Part shown: positions 16,952-26,858 of the stretch, in pieces
How positions within the stretch are numbered: the first letter of the stretch is position 1
Layout of the letters: each line of letters starts with the position of its first letter
IMG/VR virus record: IMGVR_UViG_3300027792_000010
Length of the DNA stretch: 64,000 nucleotides
Strand: one strand, 5' to 3'
DNA from: a virus
The notes under the pieces: model-generated
Seen by the model: the letters and a program-made list of their open reading frames with translations, nothing else
What the model was told of the DNA's origin: nothing
Database searches by the model: none
Program-made: the position numbers and the translations under genes

Positions 16952-17600
16952 AGATGAGGGTAAAGAACCTACCAAAAAGAGAGTTCAGGAACCATTACCT
17001 AGCATAGAAAATAAGCCTAATAAGGTAAGTAGGGTTAAAAAGATAAATACTTCTATACAGAATACAAATTTGACCTTTAAATATAAAGGGTGTGGTAGGT
17101 GGGCTATATTTGAAATAAAAGAAGATTGTGATATATCAGAAAATTATGAAGCTATTGAACAAGAGATAAAGAGCGCTTTTGGGGAAGATACAGAGTATTT
17201 TATTCCTGTATATAGGGAAAAATTTGATAGTAAAGCAGTAGGTATAACTCTTTTCGAGGGTTATATTTTCCTACGTTTTGAAAAAAATAAAGAATGTTTA
17301 TGCGACCTTGCTGACTATAATTATCTTGAAGGTCCTTTAATGAAAGGCGGAAAAATCAGTTATGTCAGTGATAAGGAAATAAACGATCTTCGGAGCAATC
17401 TTTTTAAAAAGCTACAAAAACGTTTTCCTCGTAAAGGACAAATAATAGTTCCTAAATTGGGAACTTTTAAGAACTTGGAAGGAAAAGTTGTAGGAGTAGA
17501 CCGAAAAAATAGAGTAGTTAGAGCAGTATTTAAGTTAAGTTCTAGAGAAGTTGTAGCTGATATTAATGTAATAAATTTAGATTTTGAGGAAAACTTATGA
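16935..17600 (+). CDS. NusG-family paralog (NGN + KOW), putative antiterminator
   Basis: YFIP...TLFEGYIFL (NGN domain) and GQIIVPKLGTFKNLEGKVVGVD...VFKLSSREVVADI (KOW domain). Confidence 0.75.
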   Translation: MKTKYKDEGKEPTKKRVQEPLPSIENKPNKVSRVKKINTSIQNTNLTFKYKGCGRWAIFEIKEDCDISENYEAIEQEIKSAFGEDTEYFIPVYREKFDSKAVGITLFEGYIFLRFEKNKECLCDLADYNYLEGPLMKGGKISYVSDKEINDLRSNLFKKLQKRFPRKGQIIVPKLGTFKNLEGKVVGVDRKNRVVRAVFKLSSREVVADINVINLDFEENL

Positions 17601-17610
17601 GAGGTAATGT

Positions 17611-18546
17611 ATGAATTATTTTCTTATTGATGGTCACAATTTAGCGTATAGAGCACATAATGCTAACTTTGAACTTAGAAAAGCTAATGGTGATCCGTCT
17701 GGGATGTTTTATGGATTCATACGTACCCTTATATCCTTAAAGAAGAAATATAGAGGGTATAAATTCATAGTCACATGGGATAACAGGTCAAACAGGAAGT
17801 TCGAGATCCAACCCGATTATAAAGCTGGGAGAGCATCTTTACCACCAATCGTGTATAAAGAAATGGACGATTTGAAAGAGTTTTTGAAATACTGCGGGGT
17901 AGAGCAATACGAAAAGAAAGGGGAAGAAGCTGACGATATACTCTCAACGCTCGCTGAGACGTTCAAAACTAAGGGAGAGACACATATCATAATATACTCT
18001 AACGATAAGGATATGCTACAGGTAGTTGAAGACGGTGTTATTACTGTATTTAAACCAAAAGTAGGTCAAACACCAGAAAAGTTTTTTGACGAAGAAGCTG
18101 TGAAAGAAGAATTTGGTGTTCTACCTAAAAGATTAGCTGAGTTTAGATCCTATGATGGGGATACCAGTGATAATATACCTGGGATACCTAGAGTTAGAAG
18201 AAAAATTATAGCTAATCTATTGAATAAAGTAGATTCTATACAGTTTTTGGCTAAACAGGCTTCTGAGAGTTCTGAACTATCAGATAAAGAGAGGGAGGCT
18301 ATACAGGCGTTCCATCCGATAGCTATGCGAAACTATAGCATCGTTAAGTTAAAAACAGATATATCTGACATACAGGTATCTGAAGCATCTTATTCTAAGG
18401 AAAAGTTAGAGACATTCTTCCAAGATTACGAAATAAAGTCTATGAAGCCAGATGAAATAATCGAACTTTTTCAGTCAAGTCTAAATATTCGGTACACCGA
18501 AGCGAGGTCTTCATATAAACTTGAGACATACTCTCTCTTCGACTAA
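17611..18546 (+). CDS. 5'-3' exonuclease / flap endonuclease (Pol I N-terminal, T5 D15-like)
   Basis: LIDGHN, YKAGR, EADD, SNDKDMLQ, GDTSDNIPGIP; acidic residues intact. Confidence 0.92.
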   Translation: MNYFLIDGHNLAYRAHNANFELRKANGDPSGMFYGFIRTLISLKKKYRGYKFIVTWDNRSNRKFEIQPDYKAGRASLPPIVYKEMDDLKEFLKYCGVEQYEKKGEEADDILSTLAETFKTKGETHIIIYSNDKDMLQVVEDGVITVFKPKVGQTPEKFFDEEAVKEEFGVLPKRLAEFRSYDGDTSDNIPGIPRVRRKIIANLLNKVDSIQFLAKQASESSELSDKEREAIQAFHPIAMRNYSIVKLKTDISDIQVSEASYSKEKLETFFQDYEIKSMKPDEIIELFQSSLNIRYTEARSSYKLETYSLFD

Positions 18547-18568
18547 CAGCGGTGCAGGAGGTTTTTAG

Positions 18569-19192
18569 ATGAATCATTTGGTAAAAAATATGGACCCGTT
18601 TGAGATACAAAGTCGTTTCTCTACAGAGGACTTCTCTTTTTATTCATTAAAAGAAAGTTCTTTTTGTTTAGATGACTTTGAACCATTTATCCAAAAGCTT
18701 CCAAAACGTGAGATTGACCTGATCGATATGTATTATAAAAGACAGAAGAAACAGAAAGAGATCGCAGAGTTTTTTAACGTTACCCAGGGAGCGATTTCTC
18801 ATCGTTTGTCTCGCGCTAGAAAAAGATTAGCTTTTCTAAGAGATATGCCTAAAGTGTCCGGGGACCTACGTGATAACTTATCTCAGCATTTCACGGATTT
18901 TGAATGTGATATTATAGTTATTATGATAGAGACCACATGTCAGTCCAGAACTGCAGAACTACTTAATGACAAGTATGAGCTTAAATATAGGGAAAAGATG
19001 ACCCAAGTTAAAGTTAGGCATAAATTTGACCGCTCTATAGATAAGATGAAGAAGTTGAAGAGAAAGTACCCTGAATTGAAGGTAATGTACGAACTTTCTA
19101 GATATATAAAAAAGAACCTATACATGCTTCATGAAGTTGTACTACCTCATTTTGATAAGGGTTATAAGGTAGAGTATGATGGAGTGTATTGA
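18569..19192 (+). CDS. Sigma70 region-4-like HTH protein (tandem region 4, no region 2)
   Basis: LPKREIDLIDMYYKRQKKQKEIAEFFNVTQGAISHRLSRARKRL, then a second, weaker region-4-like segment. Confidence 0.7.
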   Translation: MNHLVKNMDPFEIQSRFSTEDFSFYSLKESSFCLDDFEPFIQKLPKREIDLIDMYYKRQKKQKEIAEFFNVTQGAISHRLSRARKRLAFLRDMPKVSGDLRDNLSQHFTDFECDIIVIMIETTCQSRTAELLNDKYELKYREKMTQVKVRHKFDRSIDKMKKLKRKYPELKVMYELSRYIKKNLYMLHEVVLPHFDKGYKVEYDGVY

Positions 19193-19232
19193 TTTAACCT
19201 TTAAGTTATAACCTAAGAAAAGTTTAGAACTA

Positions 19233-19246
19233 ATAATCTTTTAATA
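19233..19246 (+). promoter_or_regulatory. Class II (putative late) promoter ATAATCTWTTAATA
   Basis: Perfect consensus at the start of the morphogenesis region; six perfect and three 1-mismatch intergenic copies in total. Confidence 0.7.
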
Positions 19247-19318
19247 TAAGTCCTCCATTAGAATTTGAATAAGCCCAGTAAAATTTGGAGCTTAAAGATT
19301 CTGATGGAGGATTTTTTT

Positions 19319-19759
19319 ATGCCTATAAGTTGTATTCAGCTAAGACTTAGGAAGATAGCAAATAAGCTATTAAAGGCTGAGTATGACTATGTTAATATCC
19401 CTATATATCAGCAGTTTATAGACCAATCCGATGTGGAAAACAAGGATACCACACGCGGAGGTCCTCCTTCTATGACCGATGAGCCTATACAGGAGAACGA
19501 AGAAGGAAGGATCAAGAGGAAGCAGGATATTAGAAGACAAGGACCTCGCCCAGGGGTAAGGGACCCTTTATTACTAAATCGAGAAGATATGGGAGACTTA
19601 AATAATCCCGATTCTGTATCTCCATTGGAGAATTTGCAGGGAGAGAAAACAAGGCAACCTGATAGAAGTCCTTTCAAAAATTATTATGAAGAAGATTTGC
19701 AGAAGGACACAATAGGTTTTAACCCAGATGAGGACCATGTTACAAAGGATAACTTATGA
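19319..19759 (+). CDS. Hypothetical head-region protein
   Basis: ATG 19319 behind GGAGG; N-terminal RKIAN motif. Confidence 0.65.
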   Translation: MPISCIQLRLRKIANKLLKAEYDYVNIPIYQQFIDQSDVENKDTTRGGPPSMTDEPIQENEEGRIKRKQDIRRQGPRPGVRDPLLLNREDMGDLNNPDSVSPLENLQGEKTRQPDRSPFKNYYEEDLQKDTIGFNPDEDHVTKDNL

Positions 19760-20097
19760 GAGGGTCATTTGAAGAAATAGTAAAAAAGGTAAATGAAAAA
19801 TTTTCTGCTGTTCAACAGTACGATAAGACAATCAGTGATAAGCTCTACGCTGATTTGAAAGAAAATATTAAATCAGCCTCTGTAGCTGAAAAGGCTATAG
19901 AAGAAGGAATTGATTCTTTCTTTGATCCTAATAGGATAAAAGTAGCTAGCTTAGCTGACCTTTTTGCTTTTGACAGAATTGGAAATAATACTCTTGTGCA
20001 TAAGGCCCAGAAGGATTTGTGGTCTATTGAGTCTGATGAAGGGGGAGTACATATCTCCCGTTTGTTTGATAATAGCGGTGAACCTTTGAAGGTATAA
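19756..20097 (+). CDS. Hypothetical head-region protein
   Basis: ATGA coupling; KSAS and KVAS motifs. Confidence 0.7.
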   Translation: MRGSFEEIVKKVNEKFSAVQQYDKTISDKLYADLKENIKSASVAEKAIEEGIDSFFDPNRIKVASLADLFAFDRIGNNTLVHKAQKDLWSIESDEGGVHISRLFDNSGEPLKV

Positions 20098-20098
20098 G

Positions 20099-20341
20099 AT
20101 GGCAGAGCACGGAGAGTTTCTAAAATCCCTTTTTACTGATAGAAGTAGTGCTGTTAAAGAGTTCCTTAACGAACCACCTACACCTTTGGATGATGGCGGA
20201 AAGGAAGAGGATCAGAAGATTATGGATAGCATAACAGTAAATTCTATAATGAAAAGTTATGCTATGAAAGAGGCCCCTAAGGGAGAAGCTTACTGGTACT
20301 ATAAAAATAAGGGATATCTTAAAAAATTAGGATTAGAATAA
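20099..20341 (+). CDS. Hypothetical protein
   Basis: 80-aa tightly packed ORF. Confidence 0.6.
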   Translation: MAEHGEFLKSLFTDRSSAVKEFLNEPPTPLDDGGKEEDQKIMDSITVNSIMKSYAMKEAPKGEAYWYYKNKGYLKKLGLE

Positions 20342-20356
20342 TATCGGAGGTTAGCT

Positions 20357-20980
20357 ATGGGAGATAGAGTTCGTTTGACACAAAAAGTAGCTGCAGCAGC
20401 TAAAAAAGAAAAAGATAAAAATATGAGTGATAATGGTCGTATAACAGATGGATTTGAATATGACAAATCAAAAGCTAAGGTGCTGCAAAAAGTACTTCAT
20501 AATTTAAACGTATCCCTTGGAACATTGATAGGAGCTATGAAAGAGTTGGCTATGTTAAGAGGTTCTGATATTACACCTGATGGAAAGTTAGGTGGTAGGG
20601 GATTTGTGATGGAATTTAGGGAAATCAAAGCACTTATGAGTGATTCTATTAAGAATCTCTCAGATATTACTGACTCAATTGGGGATGAGCTTACTAATCC
20701 AAAATGGGACCTCAAAGATAAAGAAATTAAAGAGATAAAAAAAGAGAAAGAGGAAGTAAAGGAAGAGGTAGAAGAAGCCATTGAACCTACTACTGATACA
20801 GATAAAGAAGAAACTACTGAAGAACCTGAAGGAAAAGAAGCAGATATAGATCCAAAAGATGTAAAAGATTCAAATTACGTTCAATCAATGAAAAGATACC
20901 AGAGGATACTTGAGGCAGGAAAAATAGATGATGTCGCCAGTGTCCTTCGCAAAAGAATTCAAGCCAACCTTTTAAGATAG
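20357..20980 (+). CDS. Hypothetical head-region protein
   Basis: GGAGG ribosome-binding site; KVAA motif; acidic linker. Confidence 0.7.
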   Translation: MGDRVRLTQKVAAAAKKEKDKNMSDNGRITDGFEYDKSKAKVLQKVLHNLNVSLGTLIGAMKELAMLRGSDITPDGKLGGRGFVMEFREIKALMSDSIKNLSDITDSIGDELTNPKWDLKDKEIKEIKKEKEEVKEEVEEAIEPTTDTDKEETTEEPEGKEADIDPKDVKDSNYVQSMKRYQRILEAGKIDDVASVLRKRIQANLLR

Positions 20981-20990
20981 GAGAGATAAC

Positions 20991-22910
20991 ATGAGTCTCG
21001 GAGATATTTCAAACTTCATGTCAGAAGAAAAAGAGGCAGCTAAGCTTCCTGATTTGGATTGGTTAGCTCTTGACATAAAAGATAAGGATAACTATCCTAC
21101 GCAAAATAATGTCGAGAGTATTCCGCAACTTGTACAGCAGTGGTCTCATAATGATGTGCATACTGCTGAACTTATTCCTAATCAGATATCGGTAGCCCCG
21201 ATAACTGAGAAGAAAGCCTCTTCTGGAGAAATTCAGAGTGTTGTAGACACTGCTAAGAAGGAAATGATGAAGGGTCTTGTAGGTAAAGGTTTAGTTGAAA
21301 GACTATCTAGCCTCTATCAGAAGGACCTTTTAGTAGCAGCTAAGGATGAATTGTCCAAGGTAGCTCAAGAGCAGGGACTCCTAGGTAACGTCTACATCGA
21401 TTTAACACCTTTTGAATCTTGTGCTGAGGCTTCTAAGGCTCTTGGTCATAATAGGATTAGAATGGCTAAGTATGTTGTAGGTCAGCCTAAGAGACACGTC
21501 TGTGCCTCTCATAATGCAGGGACATGTAAAGAGCTGCGTAAAAAAGTAGTAGCTTCTATGGAGTACAATCAGGATTTGATGGCTGAGTATACTACTCATC
21601 TTAGAATCGCTGGGATTATATCTCAAGAGACAAAGCTTGCATCTAAAGAAGACCTTAGAATGGCTATTATTGCCAGTAAGAAAAGCAAGACTAAAGAAGT
21701 AGAAGAGAAAGAACCCAACGACCAACCTACCCTTCTTGACGAAACAATCAAGGAAGCTTTTGAGAAAGAGCTAAGTAGGTCGATTACAGATATTAAATCC
21801 AGTCAGCAACCTTCTGGTTTTGAGAGGATTCGCCCGGTTCTTGCATTCATCCAGGATGAAATGCTTAAGGGGAGGATGGGCGATGCTCTTAAGGATAGTA
21901 TAAAGAAAAAAGTAGCAACAGAACTTATTAATGAGTATCAGGAACAGATTAAGAAAATAGCATCACTTCAGGGTTTACTTGGTAATGTTTATGTTGATGT
22001 TTCTTTCTATAAGTCTCCTGAAGAAGCTGTACATGCCATTAAGAATGCTACAACAAATCCTACATATATCATGCAGTCTCGTGGTAAGGGAGAGTTTGAT
22101 AATACGTTAGAAAAAGTAGCAAAGGCTACTGGTTGCCAAATTCTTCCTAGAGATGGAAAGATTAGCAAAAAGATAGCTCTTAGTTACATAGATGACCTAA
22201 ACTTTTCAGGAAGAATATCATCAGATATTGCTGGTGGTTTAAGAGGAAAAGTTGAAGGTAGCGCTAATACCCTAGGAGTAATTAAGGAAGCTTTTATCCA
22301 GACATTAAGTTATGTCAAACCTCAGAAAGAGGGTGGAGTAAAAGCTTACTTTTCATCACTCAACACTACAAAATATGGTACCAAGGACAAGCTTAAGACA
22401 GCAGCTTACAAAGCATTAGAAGCAGGGTACTGCTTTGATAAGGTAAGGGATAAGCTCACAGAAAAAATGAGTACCATTGAGGCTGAGGGGATGATTAGGG
22501 ACGTTCTTGCATCTCTGAAAGAAGTAAGCGCAGACGCTCTTCCAGAATGTAAGAATGAGAAATATAAGTTAGCAAAAGATGCTACTATAAAGAAAGCTGA
22601 AAAGTGTAACGGATGTGTATATGCAGCAGATCATACATGTACTAAACAAGGTGTGAAATTTTCTGGAGCACCAGAGATAGATAAACTTTCTGTGCAAATA
22701 GACCCAAATACACATAAGGTTTTACTTACAGATAATCCTGATACTACTCGTATAGATATGAATCAGGAATATGATATGACTGATTCTTTTGGATCAGGGA
22801 TGAATATCTCCTTAGAAAAGATGGGAAAAGAAGCTAAAAATGAATCAAGTATAGAGATGGATATTAGCTTCAATAGCGATGGATTAGACGATAATCTTGG
22901 AAAAGTCTAA
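20991..22910 (+). CDS. Large putative virion/internal head protein with internal duplication
   Basis: Two QGLLGNVY(I/V)D repeats, Cys clusters, several K-x-A-S motifs. Confidence 0.7.
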   Translation: MSLGDISNFMSEEKEAAKLPDLDWLALDIKDKDNYPTQNNVESIPQLVQQWSHNDVHTAELIPNQISVAPITEKKASSGEIQSVVDTAKKEMMKGLVGKGLVERLSSLYQKDLLVAAKDELSKVAQEQGLLGNVYIDLTPFESCAEASKALGHNRIRMAKYVVGQPKRHVCASHNAGTCKELRKKVVASMEYNQDLMAEYTTHLRIAGIISQETKLASKEDLRMAIIASKKSKTKEVEEKEPNDQPTLLDETIKEAFEKELSRSITDIKSSQQPSGFERIRPVLAFIQDEMLKGRMGDALKDSIKKKVATELINEYQEQIKKIASLQGLLGNVYVDVSFYKSPEEAVHAIKNATTNPTYIMQSRGKGEFDNTLEKVAKATGCQILPRDGKISKKIALSYIDDLNFSGRISSDIAGGLRGKVEGSANTLGVIKEAFIQTLSYVKPQKEGGVKAYFSSLNTTKYGTKDKLKTAAYKALEAGYCFDKVRDKLTEKMSTIEAEGMIRDVLASLKEVSADALPECKNEKYKLAKDATIKKAEKCNGCVYAADHTCTKQGVKFSGAPEIDKLSVQIDPNTHKVLLTDNPDTTRIDMNQEYDMTDSFGSGMNISLEKMGKEAKNESSIEMDISFNSDGLDDNLGKV

Positions 22911-22942
22911 TAATATAAATTATATATAATATAGGAGATGCT

Positions 22943-23590
22943 ATGCCCAAGAATTCTATAGAGTTAGATGTTAATGAAATCTTACAGGTACCTATAGACT
23001 CTATTGGGCCTTCTTTTAGTGATAATAAATTAGAATCACAAACAGAGGCTCTTAAGATCTTTGAAAATGTGGAACCGCCAATAGTAGAGGTTAATAACCC
23101 TGCTAATCTTATAAGTGTGAATTTAGTAAATACCTCGATTCAAAAGATTATAGAAGATCCTACTAAAAATGATATATTGGTAGAATCTATAAAAAATGAT
23201 GATCCTGGTATTACGATACTTAATAATATAATGGTTGAGTTAGCTGAAGAGATAGCCTATATGAAAGCTTGGAGGAATAATAACTTCCAGATTGATAAGG
23301 ATGTAACTTCGGAGATTGCTGAGAAAAGAATAAAAGCACTTAATAACCTTACTATGACGGTAATACAAAAAGCAAAGATAATGAATTCTGGTAATAAAGG
23401 AAAAATAGATTTCTATAGTGAAAACTTTTCAAAGATATTTGAATATTTTTTGAAAGTTGTTCAAGATACTTTTCAAAAAGTAGGTATACCGGAGCAATAC
23501 AGGAATATCTACTTATCAGAATTAGCTAAACAGTTAGATGGATTCGAAAAAACAGCAGAAAAAATATACAGTGGTAAGAAGAAAATATGA
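22943..23590 (+). CDS. Hypothetical protein, possible terminase small subunit
   Basis: Helical protein overlapping the terL start (ATGA); functional guess from position only. Confidence 0.45.
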   Translation: MPKNSIELDVNEILQVPIDSIGPSFSDNKLESQTEALKIFENVEPPIVEVNNPANLISVNLVNTSIQKIIEDPTKNDILVESIKNDDPGITILNNIMVELAEEIAYMKAWRNNNFQIDKDVTSEIAEKRIKALNNLTMTVIQKAKIMNSGNKGKIDFYSENFSKIFEYFLKVVQDTFQKVGIPEQYRNIYLSELAKQLDGFEKTAEKIYSGKKKI

Positions 23591-26500
23591 GCATAGCTGA
23601 ATTATGTGCTAATCTAATCTCTAAGGATGGTCTGGACATCGATAAGATTCTACATAAGAATATTATCGAGTTTGTAACTGCTCCTTGGGGATTGGGGCTC
23701 GGGACTCTTCCTGGTGTTCCTTCGTTATACCCATCTCAACGTTTTATACTAAAGGTATACTACGGGTTATCATTAGATAGGGGTAGTAATAGGGATATAA
23801 TAATAAAAGACCAATTCAATGAGCTGGAACTTTACAGATTTAATGAATACGAATATTTTAAGTTTTTGTATGAACAGGGTAGAATAAATGGAGCAGAAGA
23901 AGGAGTGCCCTATACAGATTTAACTTTAGTATGTGGTAGAAGATCTGGCAAATGTGTATGCGCTGGGACAATAGTTAATACTGATAAGGGTTTAATAGAG
24001 ATACAAAATTTAGGAGATCCTAAGGGTCCTGAGTATCAACCGTTAAAAATAGGTGTAGCTCAAGAGGGTGATAAAAAATCTGAATCTTCTTATTTTTATA
24101 ACGGAGGTGAGAGAGATACTATAAAAATAAGAAGCTTCTATGGTTTTGAAAATGAGGGGACACCTAACCATAGAATTAAAATATTGGATACAGACGGAGT
24201 AATAAAATGGAAGTATTTAGAAGATATAGAAGTAGGTGATATAGTATGTATTCATAGAAAATCAGATATGTGGTCTAAAGAATACGTAAATACTGAATAT
24301 TTAAGCAAAAAGTCACAAGGTCGTAAAGACAACATAAACTTACCTAAAGTTTTTGACAGTACTTGGGCAAAACTATTAGGTGTTCTATCTGGTGATGGTA
24401 CCTGGGCACTTAAAGGAGGAATACAAGTAACTGTAGGACCTTATAAAGAATGGTTAGACAAAGTTATAGATATTTTTAAAGAAACAGTAGGTGAGCCTAT
24501 CATAAAGGTAGATAAAAGAAGAGAGGTGTATAGCGTAAATTATTATTCTGTTGTAGTAAGAGAGTTTTTTAATAATATAGGTTATAATGTGGATATAAAA
24601 AGTGATACAAAAAGAATTCCATGGGTTATTATGCAATCACCAAAGCCAGTAGTAGCTTCTTTTCTAAGCGGTCTTTTTGAAACAGACGGTTGTATAGAAG
24701 CTAAAAAAAGTACTGTGTCTTTTTCGACAGCTAGCTTAAAATTAGCACAGGAAGTCCAGATATTACTGTTAAACTTCGGGATAGTCAGCAGATTAGTAGG
24801 TAAAATAAATAAAAGGTTTAATAAAACATACTATCATATATATACTTTAGGCTATAGGTCACTAAAAATATTTCATGATGAAATAGGTTTTATAAGTGAT
24901 AGGAAAAGAAAATTATTAGAATCCCGTATCAGTAAAGGATATAAGGGTAATAAAAGTAATATAGAGTCGATTCCTTATCAAAAGCAATGGTGTATAAATT
25001 TAAGAGAGTCTATTTATAAGGGCAAATCTAATGGTATAATTCCTAAAGATAAACCAGAACAAAGAAGAATGCTTTTAAGAGGTGCTATAGGTAATGTAAT
25101 AAAGACTAACAGTATAGAAGACCTCACATATCCTAGATTAGAAAAAATTATTTTAGTATCAAAAGAATTAGACGCTGACTCAGAGATAATTAAACATTTT
25201 GAAGAATTACAATATGCTAATTATTTTTTTGATAAAATTACAACAGTCGGTAAAAGCAGAAGTATGGTATACGATTTAAACGTACCTGATGGAGAATCTT
25301 TTGTAGCTAACGGCATGACTAATCATAATACTATGATCACTTCATGTATCATAGCCTATGAGACTTATAAACTTCTGAACATATATTGCCCACAAGAATA
25401 CTATGGTATAATGCCTGAGTCTGAGATCAGGATAACATGTGTTGCTACAAGTAAAGAGACAGCTTCTGAACTGTTTAATGCCGTTACAGGTCATATAGAA
25501 AGGTCTGAGTTTTTCAGAAGGTATAGGAATAAACCTACACAACAGAGAATGTTTCTTAGAACCCAAAGAGATATTGATAAATACGGAGCCTCGAAGAGAG
25601 CCTCTCTTCAGATACACGTTGCTCCTTGTAGTGCTAAAGGTCTTCGTGGGCACAATAATATTATAGTAGCTTTGGATGAGATGGCCTTTTTCTTTGAGGA
25701 TGAGATGAAAAAGGGAAAGATAGTTGCAAAGAGTAGCGATAGAAATGATAGGGCTATTTATACAGCTGTGACACCATCTATTGCTAAATTTAAGGGTAAA
25801 GATGGTAAGCCTCATGGAAAAGTTATAGCTATATCATCACCAAATACAAAATCTGGTAAGTTTTATGAACTATATGAATTCGCTTTTAACGAAGAAAATA
25901 CTAAATCTTTGATGATACAGGCTCCTACCTGGGAGATAGACAGTAATCTATCTTCAGAGTTTTTAAAGAAAGAACATGTGTCAAATAGAACAACGTTTTA
26001 TACTGAGTATGGAGCACAATTTAGTGACCAAGTAAAAGCCTGGATAGAAGATGCTGTTATTTTAAGACAGAATATTATCTCAGGGTTAAAGTATAGAGAT
26101 AGGTCATCACTTAGAGTACCTCATTATGCTGGAGTAGACGTAGGATTAAAAGGTGATGGAACTGCAGTCTGTATATGTCATTATGTTTCAGAATTAGTAG
26201 GTGGTGCCAGAGAAGATTTTTTGGAGGTAGACTGCTGCGATATAAGATATGCAGAGTTAGAAAAAAAAGCTAATTTTACCCCACAAGATATAGCAGATTG
26301 GCTGATAGATTATACAAAGAGATTTAATATAATAAAGGGTTTATTGGACCAATACTATGGAATGGGTATTATACCACTATTAGAAGATAAGGGTATAAAA
26401 CAGTATGAATACCGGGTATTCACTGAGGGTTTAAATTCTATAATATATCAAAACCTTCTTACTCATTTTATATCCTCAGCATTAAGACTGCCTGAGGATG

Positions 26501-26844
26501 AGAGAATAATAGATGGTAGAGTAGATAAAGATTCAGACTTAGTAAAAGAGCTATTAACGTTACAGGCGACACAAAGAAGTAAATATATAGTTAGCGTAGA
26601 AGCTCCAGATAGGTCAGGGGCACATGACGACATGAGCGATGCCTTAGCTCGTGCGGTATTTGTTGCTACCGAATTCAAGAGAAAAGGATACGGTGTAAAA
26701 TTGATTTCTGGAGGTAATTCTGGAGCCAAAGCATTTAAAGTATTAAGAGGCATCGAGATGAGAAAAGCAGAGTTATTGAGACCTACTCGTGGAAGAGTTT
26801 CCACAGGTAGGAGAAACTTCTCATCTGTGATGAGATCTTACTAA
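23587..26844 (+). CDS. terL: Terminase large subunit, intein-containing
   Basis: After splicing, Walker A reads GRRSGK-T; Walker B VALDEM; AISSP coupling motif; nuclease motifs GVDVG and HDDMSDA. Confidence 0.93.
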   Translation: MSIAELCANLISKDGLDIDKILHKNIIEFVTAPWGLGLGTLPGVPSLYPSQRFILKVYYGLSLDRGSNRDIIIKDQFNELELYRFNEYEYFKFLYEQGRINGAEEGVPYTDLTLVCGRRSGKCVCAGTIVNTDKGLIEIQNLGDPKGPEYQPLKIGVAQEGDKKSESSYFYNGGERDTIKIRSFYGFENEGTPNHRIKILDTDGVIKWKYLEDIEVGDIVCIHRKSDMWSKEYVNTEYLSKKSQGRKDNINLPKVFDSTWAKLLGVLSGDGTWALKGGIQVTVGPYKEWLDKVIDIFKETVGEPIIKVDKRREVYSVNYYSVVVREFFNNIGYNVDIKSDTKRIPWVIMQSPKPVVASFLSGLFETDGCIEAKKSTVSFSTASLKLAQEVQILLLNFGIVSRLVGKINKRFNKTYYHIYTLGYRSLKIFHDEIGFISDRKRKLLESRISKGYKGNKSNIESIPYQKQWCINLRESIYKGKSNGIIPKDKPEQRRMLLRGAIGNVIKTNSIEDLTYPRLEKIILVSKELDADSEIIKHFEELQYANYFFDKITTVGKSRSMVYDLNVPDGESFVANGMTNHNTMITSCIIAYETYKLLNIYCPQEYYGIMPESEIRITCVATSKETASELFNAVTGHIERSEFFRRYRNKPTQQRMFLRTQRDIDKYGASKRASLQIHVAPCSAKGLRGHNNIIVALDEMAFFFEDEMKKGKIVAKSSDRNDRAIYTAVTPSIAKFKGKDGKPHGKVIAISSPNTKSGKFYELYEFAFNEENTKSLMIQAPTWEIDSNLSSEFLKKEHVSNRTTFYTEYGAQFSDQVKAWIEDAVILRQNIISGLKYRDRSSLRVPHYAGVDVGLKGDGTAVCICHYVSELVGGAREDFLEVDCCDIRYAELEKKANFTPQDIADWLIDYTKRFNIIKGLLDQYYGMGIIPLLEDKGIKQYEYRVFTEGLNSIIYQNLLTHFISSALRLPEDERIIDGRVDKDSDLVKELLTLQATQRSKYIVSVEAPDRSGAHDDMSDALARAVFVATEFKRKGYGVKLISGGNSGAKAFKVLRGIEMRKAELLRPTRGRVSTGRRNFSSVMRSY
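23953..25329 (+). mobile_element. Intein (459 aa) with LAGLIDADG homing endonuclease in the TerL Walker A
   Basis: GK|CVCAGT...VYDLNVPDGESFVANGMTNHN|T; LAGLIDADG blocks LLGVLSGDGT and FLSGLFETDGC. Confidence 0.93.
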
Positions 26845-26858
26845 GACAGGAAAAAACT

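Noticed and set aside
10127-19192. Bacterial chromosome origin for the window (recA, dnaX, holA/B, nusG-like)
   Set aside because: The genes are divergent, lack their usual chromosomal neighbours, and are contiguous with terminase, portal, protease and capsid genes under shared promoter motifs.
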